Source: Lama glama (Eukaryota). From it: a DNA stretch of 64,000 nt. Within the stretch, counting starts at the first letter, position 1, and every line of letters starts with the position of its first letter. The notes beneath the pieces were generated by a model, which saw only the letters and a program-made list of their open reading frames with translations, was not told the DNA's origin and searched no databases. The stretch spans positions 23,004,001 through 23,068,000 of the forward strand of contig CM052832.1 of NCBI GenBank assembly GCA_028534125.1. The letters are read 5' to 3'. This document shows, piece after piece, positions 38,176 through 51,059 of the stretch. A program made the position numbers and the translations under genes.

Positions 38176-39833
38176 GATAATGGGAAACATTCGAAATATT
38201 TTCTTTGTCCTTCAGTATCAAAATTTTCTTTCTGGTAGAAAATATTCTCCTTTCCCTTCTCCCTGCCTGTGTCCTTCCTCTCTTTGAAAAACTAGATTAA
38301 AACTCAGCAGTGCACAATTCTTCCTGTAATTAAGATGTCTTTTCTCATTCATTCCCACTTCCAGTTCATTCTTCTGCTCTGCCACTCACCCCTAAGAAGG
38401 TATCCGTCCCATCGCATTGCACGTTGCTTATATATGTTCTCAGATCTTTGCCAAGTGAGGTTGCCAGTTTCACTGTTCCCGTTACATAAATAGATGCTTA
38501 CACATATGTATCTTTGAATATGTTCTTTATTTCTGTACTGTGTTTATACTTAGCATATCTTGGCATATATCATATACATGCTGGGGTGTAACATCTGCCT
38601 ATTTACATCTCCACATTGTGTCTGAAATCAGTTTCAGCACATGAGGGATGTTCAGGCAATATGATTAATTGATTTTAAGTTTTCTCAAAGAACATTCATT
38701 ATTACTATCATTATGCCAACACTGGAAAAGTGTCAGGTGTCAAAGTCTACTTGATAGAAAGAAATTGACTTGTGAATGTTAATACCTTGGTAAAGTATTT
38801 TTCCATAGATAGCAATTTTCTAGGAAAATGCTCTTTTGTAATGACTGTATCCAGACTCATTCTTTCTCTAGGAGAAAAAAGGCACCCTACAACACACACC
38901 TCCCAGACTGCGTTAGTGATGGGGCTAACACAGATGCCCAGAGCTACATTGCCTACCCAGAGCTGACACTCTTTTTATCCATCATACCTCCAGCATCAGA
39001 TCACTAATTCATGTACAGGATAAGACAACTGCCAAATTATTAGACTACAGAGGGATGCTCCTCAGACACTTGTCACACTGATGAAAGCAGCCCCATCCTC
39101 TGACCTTTGCTGGTTCAAGGTCGATAATGAGACAAGTCAGGCAGGAAGAGCAGTGTGTGCTGACTCCCTTAATGTGTGCTGTGTGCACACTCAGGAGCAC
39201 TGCATCTCCTGTCAATTAGTGTGGGGAAACTATGGACTGCTGATTACCGGAGACACAGCCTAGCAAGCCGCAGTTACCTTTACTTCTGTACCCTGCTGCA
39301 TTTTAATTAGCCCCGATCCCTTGACTATTTCTTCAGTGCTTGTTATTGCCATCTTTGAGAAACTCAAGTAAGGCTTTTTATATTTCATATCGTTAATTGG
39401 AAGAAATGTTGAACATCCTAGTAATGGAGTTTGATAACACTGGACTCTGGGTAAAGGTTTTGTGGATCAGGACTAGTGAGAGAACCAGAAGGAGAGATGG
39501 ACAGCTTCCAGTAGGGAAGCGCCAGGGATGCAGCTAGCAAAGAGACAAAATACACATGATGGTGGCTACAAAGACAGGCATGTCCATGGAGGAGTCAGTC
39601 TCTACTCCTACAAAGAAAAAGGCTATAAACAAGCAATCTTTGAATCCACAAATAAAGAAATAAAAGAAAGGAATTAAGAAACCTGAAAAGGGAAGTCTTC
39701 ATATTTTTCATACTTCTCTCTTATAAAAAGAAATGATTTAAACCTGGGCAAAATCATTCTACCCAGATAGAGTAAGGAGGAAAAAAAAGTTTAAAGTATT
39801 AAAGTTAGCAGAATTTGTTCTCATGAACCAACA

Positions 39834-40022
39834 CCATGGTTCCCAAACTCGAGTGAGCATCACAACCACGTGGAGGGCTATGAAAACAGATTGCCACGCT
39901 CACACCCCACCTTCTTCAAGCAGGTGTGGGACGGGCTGGAGGATTTGCATTTCTGAAAAGTTCCCAGGTGATACTCATGCTGCTCATGGGGGTCAGAGGA
40001 TCATACTTTCCTGAGAACCACT
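39834..40022 (+). mobile_element. MER5A (hAT-Charlie)
   Basis: TGGTTCCCAAACT..GCATCACAACCACGTGGAGGGC..ATTTGCATTTCTGAAAAGTTCCCAGGTGAT..TGAGAACCACT. Confidence 0.85.
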
Positions 40023-41977
40023 TTCCTAGAGGCAGCTAACCAAAATGCAAGGGGAGTGCCTAAAAGAAATAATCAGTCCCTGACTTTTAAAACAAAGAAA
40101 ATGTTACATGGGATCACCTAAGTCACTGAAACATTAGCATGAAACTTTATATCCATTAACATCATTATTTTAGTTAATCGCATTAACTGAAATATTTGGG
40201 GTTTTGTGAAATTCTTTAGTACAAAAAAGTTCATAAGTAGTTCCTTGTAAAGTGAAAAAGGCACCTCTTTGGTAATGCATGCCTCCTTAATGCCATTTTC
40301 TTACCCTAAGAAACTGTCTTTATATAGGACTAATGCTAACTAGCCATAGACCAAGGCATAGGAACAAGGATCTGGTAAGAATCTGAAGTAGCTGAATACA
40401 CGTGTGTGGTTATGTCAGAGATTAGTCGGGTATTGTAGCTCTAGATTTATCTAAGAAGTATTCAGAACCAAATAGTATGGTCATTATGACTATGGAACAA
40501 CTGGTTTTAATATATGCAGACTTCAGTTACATATCTGCGAGGTGTGGAAGCCCCCTTAAAAATCTTGGTTCGTTCTAGCTTTAAGATTTCATTCAAGCTA
40601 GAAAGGGATCCCTCTTTGCTACGTAAGTCAACATGTGTAGTGCCTGGTGGGACACTGAGATTAACAATGAACTTTTTAAATTCTGAGCTCAGTCCCTTTA
40701 GCAAGTTTTTTTTTTTTTTTTTTAGTTTGGATCAGCATCAAATTGAAAATACCTCTTCAACTGCATCTCCTTAGTGTTCCTGCAGGCAGAAGTTCAAAAA
40801 TGCATGTCACATTCCAAAATACCTACCAACCCAGATTCCCCCAGGATAAGTAATGTATAAAGAAGGTAACATTCTGTACCATAGAAAGATGAAATCTTTT
40901 GAGAAATTATTCCTGTGGCAGAAACAGTCTGTCCATTGAAATCCTTGGAAAGAGTACAAAAAGAGTACTAGGAGATCATTGCATTTGAATTCAACTGAAA
41001 AATCACTTGAAATTCAGGTATCTTCTCCATCTACTATATTTCAACATAATAGTAGAATGTCCAAGGCTACTGACTTAATAGCCTCATATTCTGAAACTAG
41101 TGAATTCTAAATTCCCTCTACAACAGCAAACTTATTGAGAGCTTCCAATCAATTTTGAAGTTGGTGCTGATTACATAGGACAGACCAGTACACAGTCTAT
41201 GACCGACTGGGTTACTCAGACACCTCTCTTTTTTTCAGAGTATTTGGGTAGTCCCTCATTTTGCTTCTTATTACTTCACGTAATAAAGTAGACATTTTCT
41301 CACACCTCGGCACACCTCAAGTCAAGTCACCAAACTTCTATGTTGAAAAGTTCTTTTCTTCACCCAAACCTCTGAGTGGGGCAGAATAGGACTTTCAGGC
41401 AACAAAGATATATGCAGGTCAGGAAAGTGAAAAAGAGGAAAAGCTCAAGCCCCTTCTATTTTTACACTTCCCTAGGGAACATATGGGAAATTTGCAAGGA
41501 TCACAGTCAAAAGTATTTTTATTTATAGAGGAGTAACCTGAAGTCCAGATGATTGCAGTCATATAGAAAAATAAAGCCCTGGCTTATAATTTTTTTTAAA
41601 TGAGAGGGTAAAATTCTTGAACACTGCAGTCACATGTATTTTACAGCAATCCCATAAATGAGTCTACTGACTTTTCATGTTTTATCCAATCAAAATCTCA
41701 CAGCCCAAGTTTTCTTTTCACCATGTATTTTCTGAGACAAACTCAAGTCAGTTTATTGTTTCCTTCAGGTAGTCAGAGTAAGGGTCTATATACGCCTTAT
41801 ACAAATCTAGAGAAGACTGAGTCTTAACAAATGAAATCATTGAGACACCATGTCCACATTTAAGTGATAATGAAAGGAGTGTATAAATGAAAGGGTTTTG
41901 TTTTGCTTTGTAGTACCTATTCTCATTCAGATTCCTCCTGGAAGACAGCTGGAAAAGAGAGGAAAAGGGTAAAAGGG

Positions 41978-42107
<130 letters not shown>

Positions 42108-42109
42108 CA

Positions 42110-42128
42110 GACTGCCCTCTGGTGGACA
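42110..42128 (-). promoter_or_regulatory. Candidate CTCF binding site
   Basis: Reverse complement TGTCCACCAGAGGGCAGTC matches the CTCF core CCASYAGRKGGCR. Confidence 0.65.
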
Positions 42129-45100
42129 TAATTTATTTCTTTATTCTTTTAAGATACAACAAAGGAGATAGAAAAACAGCAAGAAAGAACAGGGAAAAGG
42201 GAAATTAGAAAATGAAAAAGGGGAAAGGAAAGAATATAGAAAAAAACAAAGTAAAAAGAAGAAAATTAACTATAAAATACTGGAGGGAAAAATCAGGGGA
42301 CTCAAGAATGATATTTGCATTAAGAAAAGAAGAAATAATGAAGAGTGTAAGAAAAAAAACAAAAACAAAAAATGACTAGTTTCACCTTACCATTTGACTA
42401 ATCCCAGGATTACTCAGGGAGAAACAAAAAATTATAAATGCTAAATATATATGGCATGTTAACTTTTTTGTCTTTTTCAGTATATCTGTTTTGTGCTTTT
42501 AAACTGTGTTTTAATGGCAGCTGTTAAGACATACGAGTTAGGGAAACATTTTGTGGAAAATAACTGTGAAAAAAACTTAGGAATGGGAAATTGCTTTCCT
42601 GTGCACATAAATCCCAGCAGAACATACAAGTCACAGACATGCAGCACAGGGTTCACTACATATTTGCCACAAACATGGGGGAAACATGTGATTATTTTTT
42701 GGTTTGCTTTTTTTTTTTTGACAGATTAAATGATTTGTTCACAGATGTTCTAGCAGTTCAGATGTCTTGGAAAACAACACAGCTTAAAATATAAAATTTA
42801 AAATCAGGCTTTTTAAAATCTGGTTTTATTACATAGATTATAATAAGCTGAAGTCTTATTGACAATTGCCAATGGCCCCCATATATTCCACTGCCAAATT
42901 TTGAAATGTGTATCATTAATGTCAGCTAAGAGGAAACAAATTCAAAGAAAGCTCAAAGCACCATACTCATACCCCAAACCCTACACTGACCAAAAATAAC
43001 AGCAACCAGAGCCATCGTATCTCTGCCCCGGAGTGGACATGAAACTTTGCATCCACGTGCAAGGGATTCAGTGGCCAAGAAGAGCAGCTCTGAAGCGCAG
43101 CCCCTAACCTTTTCTCATCAGTCTGTCCCAGTGTAGAGCTCAGACCCTTCCCGGCACTGATGAGGCACTAATGATCACCTGCTCATCAACCACTGAAACA
43201 AACACAGTTGTATCTCACCTTATGGAATTTGCAAACAGTCCCTTTCTGCTGCAAAACTGTAAACTCTAAGCTCCCTTAAATACTTAGCCAAAGGGCCATT
43301 CTGAAAAGGGGGAAATTAATTAGGCTCATTGATAGCCATTAAGACACCCTGGGGTGCGCAACCAAACTGAAGCTACGCAATGGAGAAAGGAAGCCACACA
43401 CAGCCAGCTGTGACAGAAATCACAGGCATGGATGTGACAGAAGGAAAAGAAAAGCAAATACAGGAGTTCTTTTTTCATGGACAGATCTCTTCCTTCTATC
43501 CCAGAAAGAGCAGCTAAAGAGGTCACATGAGCATCCTCCCTGCCTACAGGTAAAACAAGGATGTGACCACATGTGCCTCCTTATCACAGGTGCACCTGGG
43601 CACGGTGGCATCTCTGGGCTCATTCTGTTCACAAGACTGAAGCAAAATTCAAAGGCAGTCAGGTTCAAGTGGACAGTCATGTAGAGCAAGTGACTTACCT
43701 TTGGCTTTAGTGCTCGGACACTATGTTATTTTAAAACACCAAACAACCTGCCTAGTTTGAAAAATGCTCATCAGGTGCTAACCTAAAGGTATCAGTAATT
43801 AAAATGCATTTTGTTTCTTAAGTATTGAGATTTCTAGGAAACCATGTCCTTCTCACGTCTTGATCTGCACAAGTTACATAATATAATATGAATCTCTTTT
43901 CATTCCTCCTCTCCTCTCTGTCTCAATTTTTCACTACTATCATGTCTTCCCATGCTGAAAGTAAAACCTAATTATCTTCACTAAGAACCTTGATTTTGCT
44001 CAAGCATGAGGAAATGAGCTTCCCGCTCTGCTAGCAGCAGCCCCTGCTCAAAAAAGGGATGTCCCTCTTGGCGAGTAGGATATATTACATGCAGGAATCA
44101 GACAATAGAAAAGATAGCTCCACAATGGTGAAGCAAAAATTCTAAATATCATTAATGAAAAAAGTCTCCAAACTGTAGCATGACAAAGGTTTAATATCCA
44201 AGGTGAAATTCATTTCCCGTATTAACATGGAAAATTATTGTTTGGTAGGGAGGCGTTGTTGACTACAAAAGTGTTTACATTGGGAGGTGAGTCACTGACT
44301 TAAAAACCAGACACCAACAAAAAAGAAAATTCAGGTATTTTCTTTTGAGAAATTACAAACATATCAAAACCAAAGATGTGGAGTTCTTCTTTGTCACTAA
44401 GCTAAAAGGGTCAGTTTTACCAAATGTCTAAACAAACTCCTTATTGTAAATTGAACATTAGCAAAAACATTATTTTAAAATTCAAAAATAATAGACTTAA
44501 ACTTTATTTCTGCCTTGTAGCAATTTTGGGTGTTTATAAACAGTAATGCTAACTGTTGACATTTATTACTAAGTGTGATGGGTTGAGTACCTCTCTAAAC
44601 ATAATCCAGGTTGCTAATGCCAGAATGATTAGCTATATTTCAAACAATGTAGAATATAAACTTTATGCTTTCAGCAATTTCAGTAAATCAAAAATGATCT
44701 CAATTTTTGAAAATTACATCCCATTTAACATAACTCTAAAAAAAATGAAGCTTCAATCAATCAAGGTAGTTAAAAGAACACTTCTGTAACTATATTAATT
44801 CATATGATTATCATTTATAAGATTAATTTTACTTGAGGCTCATAATTATTTTCTTAGTACTAATTACTAGCTTAGGCCCACAGCTATTGACTCAAAAGTT
44901 TCTTATTCATTCAGAAAACACTTACTTACTAATGGGTGCTAGCAATACATTATTTTTCTTCTAATTTTCAAGATACTTTTCAAATGCTGACATCAGAGAG
45001 GAAGAGACAGCCAAGTTTTGATATAGTTTTATAAATGCCTTGATAATCCTTTGCAGCAGCACAATAAAGGGCTATCTAATCAAACCTAGAAGAATCAGGA

Positions 45101-45139
45101 ATAATTCCTGCAAGAGGTGACATGTGAGAGGAGTTTTTA

Positions 45140-45375
45140 ATAATAATAGTAATAATAACAGCAATGTTGTTACTCTGAATGTTTCATTTTTTTCATTTAA
45201 AATTCCCAGTAGCCCTATGATAGGTGCACCATTATTATTCCATTTTACAGATGAGAAAGTGGGGACAGTAAGGGTTAAATTACTTGCCCAAGACAGTACA
45301 GAGAGGAAGTGGATGTTTCTGGATACAAATCTAGACTAGTCTGAATCTGTAGCTTATTCTTAACCATCCACTATG
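45140..45375 (-). mobile_element. MIR
   Basis: CCCTATGATAGGT..ATTCCATTTTACAGATGAGAAA..GGTTAAATTACTTGCCCAAG..TCTTAACCA. Confidence 0.85.
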
Positions 45376-45577
45376 ATGAACTCTCTGATTGCAAGCAGAG
45401 GGAAGAATGGGTTCAAAGGTCCTGAGGTCTGGGGAAAACACTAAGCATTCAGAGACCTGCAAGCACTTCAGTACAGTTAAAGCACCGAGTATAAAATGGG
45501 TATTACTGTCTAAAGTTAATCTGAATATATCAACAAGAATTGCAGACTCTACTACTTATAACCTTGATTCAAGTAAT

Positions 45578-45960
45578 TGTACTAGTCAGGAAAGGCTAGT
45601 TTGTGTCACAGTGACAATATAGCTCTGAAATCTCAGTGGCTTAAAAGAACAAATGTTTATTTCTTGCTTATATGACAAGTCCAATACGGGAAGCTCTGCT
45701 TATCAGAGCCACTCAGGGACTAAGGCTAATGTGGGCTCCATCTTAACTCTTGGCTTCCAGGGTACTTCTGGCAGGAAAAGAGAAAACTGCAGAGTCAAGC
45801 CTCATCTATTAAATGCCTTTACCCAGAAGTGGTATGTATCACTTTTACCCACATTTCATTGTCTAATACTAGTTACACAATCACACCTAACTTCAAGAAA
45901 GTATGAAATACACTCCCCTTTGTACTTAGAAGGTGGGCAAAACTGTATATTGGTAATTAT
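45578..45960 (-). mobile_element. MaLR LTR (MLT1J-like)
   Basis: TGTACTAGTCAGGAAAGGCTAG..AAATCTCAGTGGCTTAAAA..TTTATTTCTTGCT..CACCTAACTTCAAG. Confidence 0.8.
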
Positions 45961-46113
45961 GCCCATTCCAGATAATCTCCATTTTCTAATATAATGTAAT
46001 ATAATCATTGGAGTGATAGCTCTTCATATTCAGAAGTCCCACCTACACTCAACAGAAGAAGATTAAACAAAGGTGAGGGTCATGGTAATCACCTTAGAAT
46101 TCTGCCTACCACA
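45961..46113 (-). mobile_element. MaLR LTR end (MLT1D/E-like)
   Basis: AGATAATCTCC..CCCACCTACACTCAA..CTTAGAATTCTGCCTACCACA. Confidence 0.7.
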
Positions 46114-46305
46114 TCCCCTCACTGTTCTTGTATGTTGATCACAACAATGTCTCTAAGTACAAATAGTGATTCATGGAAGTAGAGCTTCAGAACATCCATG
46201 GTATATAACACACAATCCTCAGTGCCAACCAGCCAATGATTCCTAGAACAAATAATTCATTTCTGCCATTTGGAAACCCATTTCTAAGGATAATCTTCAC
46301 ACATT

Positions 46306-46808
46306 TGTTGTCAGACAATTTTCCATGTGCCTTGCACTTCCGCACTTCTTGCAAGGAGAGGCACATACTGCCCTTTGTTCTAGACTATATTTTAAAAGAT
46401 ATCTGCAGAGCAAAAATCTTGGAAGATGGAGATTATGTCTCCCTCCAGAGCAAAGGACATTTTTGCTTACTAATCTATATGATTAAGATATCTCCTTCCA
46501 AAGCAAAGGACAGGCATGCATATTGCTCATTATAAAAGATTCAGATTCCACAAGTCAAGATTTCTCTCCTGGAATATAGTCACTGTATTTGAGACCTCCA
46601 TCTGGTTCCATCTGCTTTGATCCCCATGCAATATGGAGACAAAGGAAAACTAATCAGTCCGGCCACTGTTATTTCTGTGAGTAATAAACTGTCCTTTATC
46701 TCTGACCCAAGATTGTCATGTCTTCTGCCAGCATCCATGAAATTGTGGCAAGCTAATGTATTATTGTACAAGTGGAGTAAAATCTTAGACCTTTCATAGT
46801 TCTTGACA
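46306..46808 (+). mobile_element. ERVL solo LTR (LTR40-like), complete TG...CA with perfect 5-bp TSD ACATT
   Basis: Starts TGTTGTCAGACAATT, ends CATAGTTCTTGACA; ACATT at 46301-46305 and 46809-46813; TATAAAA near 46532; AATAAA at 46683. Confidence 0.9.
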
Positions 46809-47379
46809 ACATTCAATGTTTTGAAAGAGAGGCTTTGTTAGCCAGGTAGCAGTAGGGAAAGGATGGGGTTAAAATGAAGTGTGCTTGTTTTGCAGAAACT
46901 GTTAAATTATAGAAAGTTCCAAATACAAGATGTTCCAAAAAGGTTACAGTGCATTCTAGTCAACAAGATACCATAGTGCAAACAATCAAGCACCTACTTG
47001 CTTGCAGCTTTTGGCAACCTAGGGTAACATTTGCCTCATTATAATAATCATGCTTAGCCTTTCATAAATATGCATGACCCCCAGGCTTAAAACTTCTCCA
47101 TCCAGCCATTTGGGGAAACAGTGCTTTGAAAGCTATCTCCCTGTCTCCTAACTTGTCACAAGTAATAAATGCTTCTACTTTAACTGAAAGTACTTGGTGT
47201 GTTGAATTGCTAAGCACCCCAAGCAATGGACCCACTGAGTCCAGTAATAGATACAAAAAATGGACAGTGGGAAAAATGCTTTCAAGAAAAAAAAGGGTTA
47301 CTGCATTTGGATCATACATACATATTTACCCCCTTAGGTGATAAGCATTCTGGCAAGATTCATTTAAAATTATCTAGAT

Positions 47380-48006
47380 TGATTACAAACGTAAAAACAG
47401 AGTTACTATATGATCCAGCAATCCTACTCCCAGGCATACATCTGGAAAAAACAAAAACTCTAATTCAAAAAGATACGTGCACAGCACTATTCACAATAGC
47501 CAAGACATGGAAACAACCTAAACGTCCATCAAAAGATGACTGGATAAAGAAGATGTGATATAGACACACAACAGAATATCACTCACCCATAAAAAAGAAT
47601 GAAATATTGCCATTTGCAACAACATGGATGGACATAGAGATCATCATACTAATGAAGTAAGTCAGGCAGAGAAAGACAAATATCCTATTTTATCACTTAT
47701 TTGTGGAATCTAAAAGAATTATACAAACCACCTTATTTATGAAACAGAAACAGACTCACAGATGTAGAAAGCACACCTATAGTTATCAAAAGGGAAAGGG
47801 GAGGGAGAGGGATAAATTAGGAGTTTTGGATTAATAGATACACATCACTATATGTAAAATAGACAAACAATAAGTATTTATTGTACAGCACACAGAACTA
47901 TATTAAATATCTTGTAATAACCTCTGATGGAAAAGTATCTGGGCTCTATGCCTGAAGCTAATACAATATTGTAAATCAACTATAGTAAAAATGTTTTAAA
48001 AACTTA
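47380..48006 (+). mobile_element. 5'-truncated L1 with 14-bp TSD
   Basis: ORF2 tail (ELLYDPAILLPGI..FTIAKTWKQPK) plus 3' UTR; AAAATTATCTAGAT at 47366-47379 and 48007-48020; TT/AAAA endonuclease site at the left end. Confidence 0.95.
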
Positions 48007-48496
48007 AAAATTATCTAGATGGAAAGATAATGAGTGATGTAGATTTAGATGGTATGATTCTGTTTACTAAGGAGGAAAATCATATAAATTTTACAAGGAT
48101 ATTTTCAGTGTATGTTCACTTTTCTTTTCTATAGTATTAGATATAGGTCATATTATCCTTATTTGTATAAAATAATTTTAAATGGATTTTTCTTAAATAT
48201 CTCCATATAATTGACTTGTAATCTATAAATATTGCAATTCCAAATTATTTCCAATTTGTTCACAAATGTTGAACACCTGTCATCACAGAGCTTACTTTTA
48301 AGAAAATATGCAACTTCATGAACAGAAGAAACCATTCCACCACGACCAGAGTTAACAGTTACCTGTGGTTGATAAGTATTAGTTTTTCTACAGGAGTTTT
48401 TAAAAACAAATGGAAGAAATTCTTGTAAGAGTTTGATTTCTCACAAATCTTTTTCCCACACCTCTATTCATTACTTCTATTATTGAACACTGAAAT

Positions 48497-48523
48497 ACAC
48501 ACACACACACACACACACACACA
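48497..48523. repeat. (CA)n microsatellite
   Basis: AC run read directly from the sequence. Confidence 0.95.
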
Positions 48524-49754
48524 GAGCCACCTAGATTCCTGAATAGAAAAGGAAATTTATTAAGAAGCATGAATGTCTTTTGGGAATTCACTAAAATCTC
48601 ACATCTAGACTGATATTGACATGTATTTAAATATCTTGCATACATTTATTTCTCATTGTCTAGCATTAGATTAATATTTTTAATGGTACAAGAAATGTCC
48701 TGGACTCTGGTTTTAGAAGTATCAGTTTCTAAAACCAGGGAGACCACAGGACACCCTTCATACACCCTGCCCCAGATTCTTTAGTCTGGCACAATTTGTT
48801 AGCTCATCACTTTCTTAGAATTTTCATTTTAGCTATTGATGCAGCACCAAATCTTTGATTACGTTCAGTTTGGTTGTGGGATATCAATCAGTCTGAGAGG
48901 CAATTAAAGTTTCTATTTCAGTTGGTTCAAGTTAAAATAGTAAAACCTTTTTCCATAGCAGGCATCCATTCACCACTGGACTTGGCCTCATCACAAAATG
49001 AAAATCACTAAACTTGATTCAAAATTAAATTAGAAGTTAAATGAAAATACTTCCTGCATACAAGAACATTCGTGGGTCAGAGTTTACAAAGAGTTCATTT
49101 TGCAGAGAGAGCAAGGACTGAGTCATAATCTCCTAGATTAGAGCTTTCTATTTTCCTGTTACTCAGTTTTTCTTTTGGAAACTAACTGACTCCATCAGAC
49201 ATCAGTCATATTCACAATGGTATCTTTTCCACATCATGGAGGCCAAGAGGTATGTGTCATTCTTTGCCCTTTTATTATTTGAGAACACAGAGTCATAATA
49301 CCAAAAAAAAAAAAATCAGTAATCAGATTAAAAAGGGATAAGAGAATGCCATGGTATATAAGCCATTCTAAAAGTCTTAGTTTTGAAAATTTATCATATG
49401 AATCAGGTTCTGGAACTTAGAAAGCTAGTATTAATTCAGTTTTATGAATGTAAAATAATAGGTAGATAGAGGTAGGTAGAGACACAGACAGCCATACTTA
49501 CATTCATGTTGAATGCATCATGTTGAATCTGCTGGAACTTTGGAAAATAAAGAAAAAAGTAAAGAAAAACATTGAAATCATCCAGTATCATACCATCAGT
49601 AATAATTCCTATTGACATTTTGGTGTAATTCCTGCTAATATTTTTATAGTGTGCAAACACATATATATGTGTTAGAAACTGGAATGCTGATTTTTATACA
49701 GTTTTGTATCATTTTCCGAGGACATAAAAATGTTCCAAGAATGTTTGTGTTAGA

Positions 49755-50932
49755 TATGGTACCATAAAGTCCGTAAGGCCCCAGGAAGAAACAAGAACGA
49801 GGCATGGAAAGAAGTTCATTATAGGCGTAACTTGTTTTATGATGATTTGTGGCAAATTGATGGTTTGTGGCAACCTTGCATCCAGCAAGTCTATCAGCTC
49901 CATTGTTCCAACAGTATTTGCTCACTTTATGACTCTGTGACACATTCTTGTAATTCTTGCAATATTTCCAACTTTTTCATTATTGTCATATATTCGTTAT
50001 AAAGCTTTAGTAGGTAAGGAGTTGCTCCTCATGCGTGAGCAAAGTTAAGGGGTTTCTTGAGATGGAATCTATTCCTGGCGAAGGGGATGTGAAGGGTGCT
50101 GAGATGACAACAAAGGCTTTAGAATATTACATAAATTTAGTTGATAATGCAATGGCAGGGTCTAAGAGGGCTGTATTGAGAGGACTGCAATTTTGAAAGA
50201 AGTTCTACTGTGGGTAAAATGCTATCTAACAGCATTGCACACTACAAAGAAATGGTTTGTGAAAGGAAGTATCAATCGATGCAGCAACATCATTGTCTAC
50301 TTTAAGAAATTGCCACAGCCGCCCCTATCTTCAGTAACCATCACCCTGATCAGTCAACAGCCGTTAATATCAAGGCAAGACCCTCCACCAGCATAAAAGA
50401 TTACAGCTCAGTGAAGTCTCAGATGATGGATAGCAGTTTTTACCAACAAAGTATTTTTTAATTAAGGTATATACATTGCTCTTTTTCACATAATGCTATT
50501 GCACAGTTAACAGGCTACAGCATCATGTAAACATAACTTTTATACACACTGGGAAACCAAAATATTCATGTGACTTGCTTTACTGTGATACTCGCTTTAT
50601 TGTGGTGGTCTGAACCAAACCCACAATATTTCTGAGGTGTGCCTGTACACTCACAGGTCCCAGAGAGGTGGTCATTATGTGCCATGCAGAGCCACATGGG
50701 AAGCACCAGATGGTCAGGAGGCAGAAGACAGCAGTGAGGGGAAGGCCAAGCACAGAGACTTTGTTGGGATTTCTATAGGAAAGGCAGGGCAGAGGAGGGT
50801 GAGCAGCTTAGGATTGGCTAGTTTGAATACTTCTGGTGGGCCCTTGGGCACAGAGGTCGTCTTTAGTTCCCTGGTACCTGGGTTGATTTAGGGCAGGGGA
50901 AATATTGGCTTGGTGTGTGAGAGATTGATAAG
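49755..50932 (-). mobile_element. ERVL LTR (MER74/LTR53-like) split by a Tigger1 insertion
   Basis: Left piece GTAAGGCCCC..ATGGAAAGAAGTTCATTA; right piece TACACTCACAGGTCCC..AGCTTAGGATTGGCTAGTTTGAATA..AGGGCAGGGGAAATATTGGCTTGG. Confidence 0.6.
49822..50645 (+). mobile_element. Tigger1, internally deleted, both termini present, TA TSD
   Basis: 5' TAGGCGTAACTTGTTTTAT; 3' CAATATTTCTGAGGTGTGCCTG then TA; internal TTTTGAAAGAAGTTCTACTGTGGGTAAAATGCTATC and GGCAAGACCCTCCACCAGC. Confidence 0.92.
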
Positions 50933-51059
50933 AAAGTATTTAGTTATCTTATATGTATATAAGATAATCATACATAATATATATCATTATAACGTTATCA
51001 CTATATCACGATAATAAATACATATAAAATATTTGTGTGCTTTTGGATTGGAAAAGCAA

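Noticed and set aside
40520..40630. Plus-strand candidate exon ending at GTAAGT
   Set aside because: Weak polypyrimidine tract and unrecognised peptide; isolated donor matches are frequent by chance.
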